DNA from: Octopus vulgaris | Taxonomy: Eukaryota | Direction: 5' to 3' | Length of the DNA: 64,000 nt | Assembly (NCBI GenBank): GCA_951406725.2 | Contig: OX597814.1 | Span: 47,802,001-47,866,000 of the forward strand | Shown: in pieces, positions 62,940 through 64,000 of the stretch | Layout of the letters: the number at the start of each line of letters is the position of its first letter | Numbering within the stretch: the stretch's first letter is position 1 | Made by a program: the position numbers and the translations under genes | Notes under the pieces: model-generated | Seen by the model: only the letters and a program-made list of their open reading frames with translations | What the model was told of the DNA's origin: nothing | Database searches by the model: none

Positions 62940-63239
62940 ACAAAAATGTAGAGTTATATGTCATACAAAAGTATTACATAAAATTAACGCTATCTCTATA
63001 TCAATAATTTAGTTTAATCTACGAATTATTTATTAACAAAAATGATAAAAGCAATTTGTAAAGAAGGAACATTATGATAAAAAATAACACTTGTACGAAA
63101 ATGTGTATAAAATATAGTTCATGCAACTAATCGATCAGATTATAAAGGCTGCATGACTTTTAATTTTAGTTTTATTACTTCATCGATAACTGTTATATCG
63201 TCCTATAGTTGCTTTGATTTCCACGTCACGTCTTTTCTC

Positions 63240-63400
63240 GTCTTGTACCTCATTGAATCTATCCTCACTAGATCTTGCTCTTCCCTCACAAAACGTCGTC
63301 CCTCTGGAATTTCTTCCTTCCCCATGACTTTCTTGCAGTTTTCCACTTGCAACTATTTATAAGGAGTCGCCTTATTAACTGCGCCGACCTCACAAGTGTC
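63240..63400 (+). mobile_element. Decayed CR1/L2/Jockey-group LINE 3' fragment
   Basis: KTSSLWNFFLPHDFLAVFHLQLF resembles the ..T..LWNxLP..VFP..Y.L..FK ORF2 C-terminus. Confidence 0.5.
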
Positions 63401-64000
63401 GGAGTATGTACTATGACTGTGGGAACACCTCCTTCTACCAGACAAATCAACGAAAATTAGAAGAAAAAAACCGGTCGAATTTTTTGAGATATGAACCAGT
63501 TCAATAGTTGAATAAAAAAAAAATAATGAGGGAATTACACGAAGCAGAAAATAAAGCATAAATCTGTTTATGTACCAAGTTGTAATACAATAACAAAATA
63601 TCGTTGCGTGATAGTTTTTTCTCACTTTAACTGGTGTATATGATTGCGTAACAAATTGAATCTATAAATATCGTATATCTTAATGCAGAACTCTTGATAT
63701 TAGTCTCATTTCGCTGCACAATATGTTACACTCAAGGAAACTAGCTATTAGTCTACATACAACTAGTACATTACTAATGACTGATATGAAAGGAACGGAT
63801 AAAATTGACAAGAAAATGCGTCCGTCTGGCCATATGTGGATTATATTTAAATTATATCGGTGACTTAGTGACATAAATAACTTAGAAGATAGATAGTACA
63901 AGCATCTGGGAAGGAAAATAATACAGAAACATTTCAATAACAAGGATAAAAGTTATAAAATGAATTATTGCTAGTCGAAAATACTTTATTCATAATCTAC

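Overview
AT-rich, microsatellite-dense eukaryotic DNA. The repeat repertoire and a cephalopod-type 5S fragment suggest an octopus or other cephalopod (inference). I found no host protein-coding gene; most ORFs in the track are translations of microsatellites or decayed transposons. Content: one 5'-truncated, decayed Tx1/L1-clade LINE (10309-14056, minus; APE-RT-zinc finger; 17-bp TSD) plus two deleted relatives; four mariner remnants; hAT and other MITEs; R4-type, CR1 and RTE LINE scraps; many tRNA-derived SINEs of several families; a 5S-rRNA/CR1-tail chimera; and Penelope-like pseudo-LTRs. Two signals stand out. (1) Short Tx1-type 3' tails sit at the same internal site (AAAGAAATR|GGTATTTCG) of one SINE family, once between 122-bp direct repeats that share private mutations. 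This suggests a SINE-targeting Tx1 making very long target-site duplications and donating a new tail to the SINE. (2) Three separate inverted repeats each carry a pair of oppositely oriented minimal type-I hammerhead ribozyme motifs, with U3-A8, G3-C8 and C3-G8 cores; the largest is a near-perfect 500-bp-arm palindrome around a GIY-YIG fragment. All alignments were done by eye.
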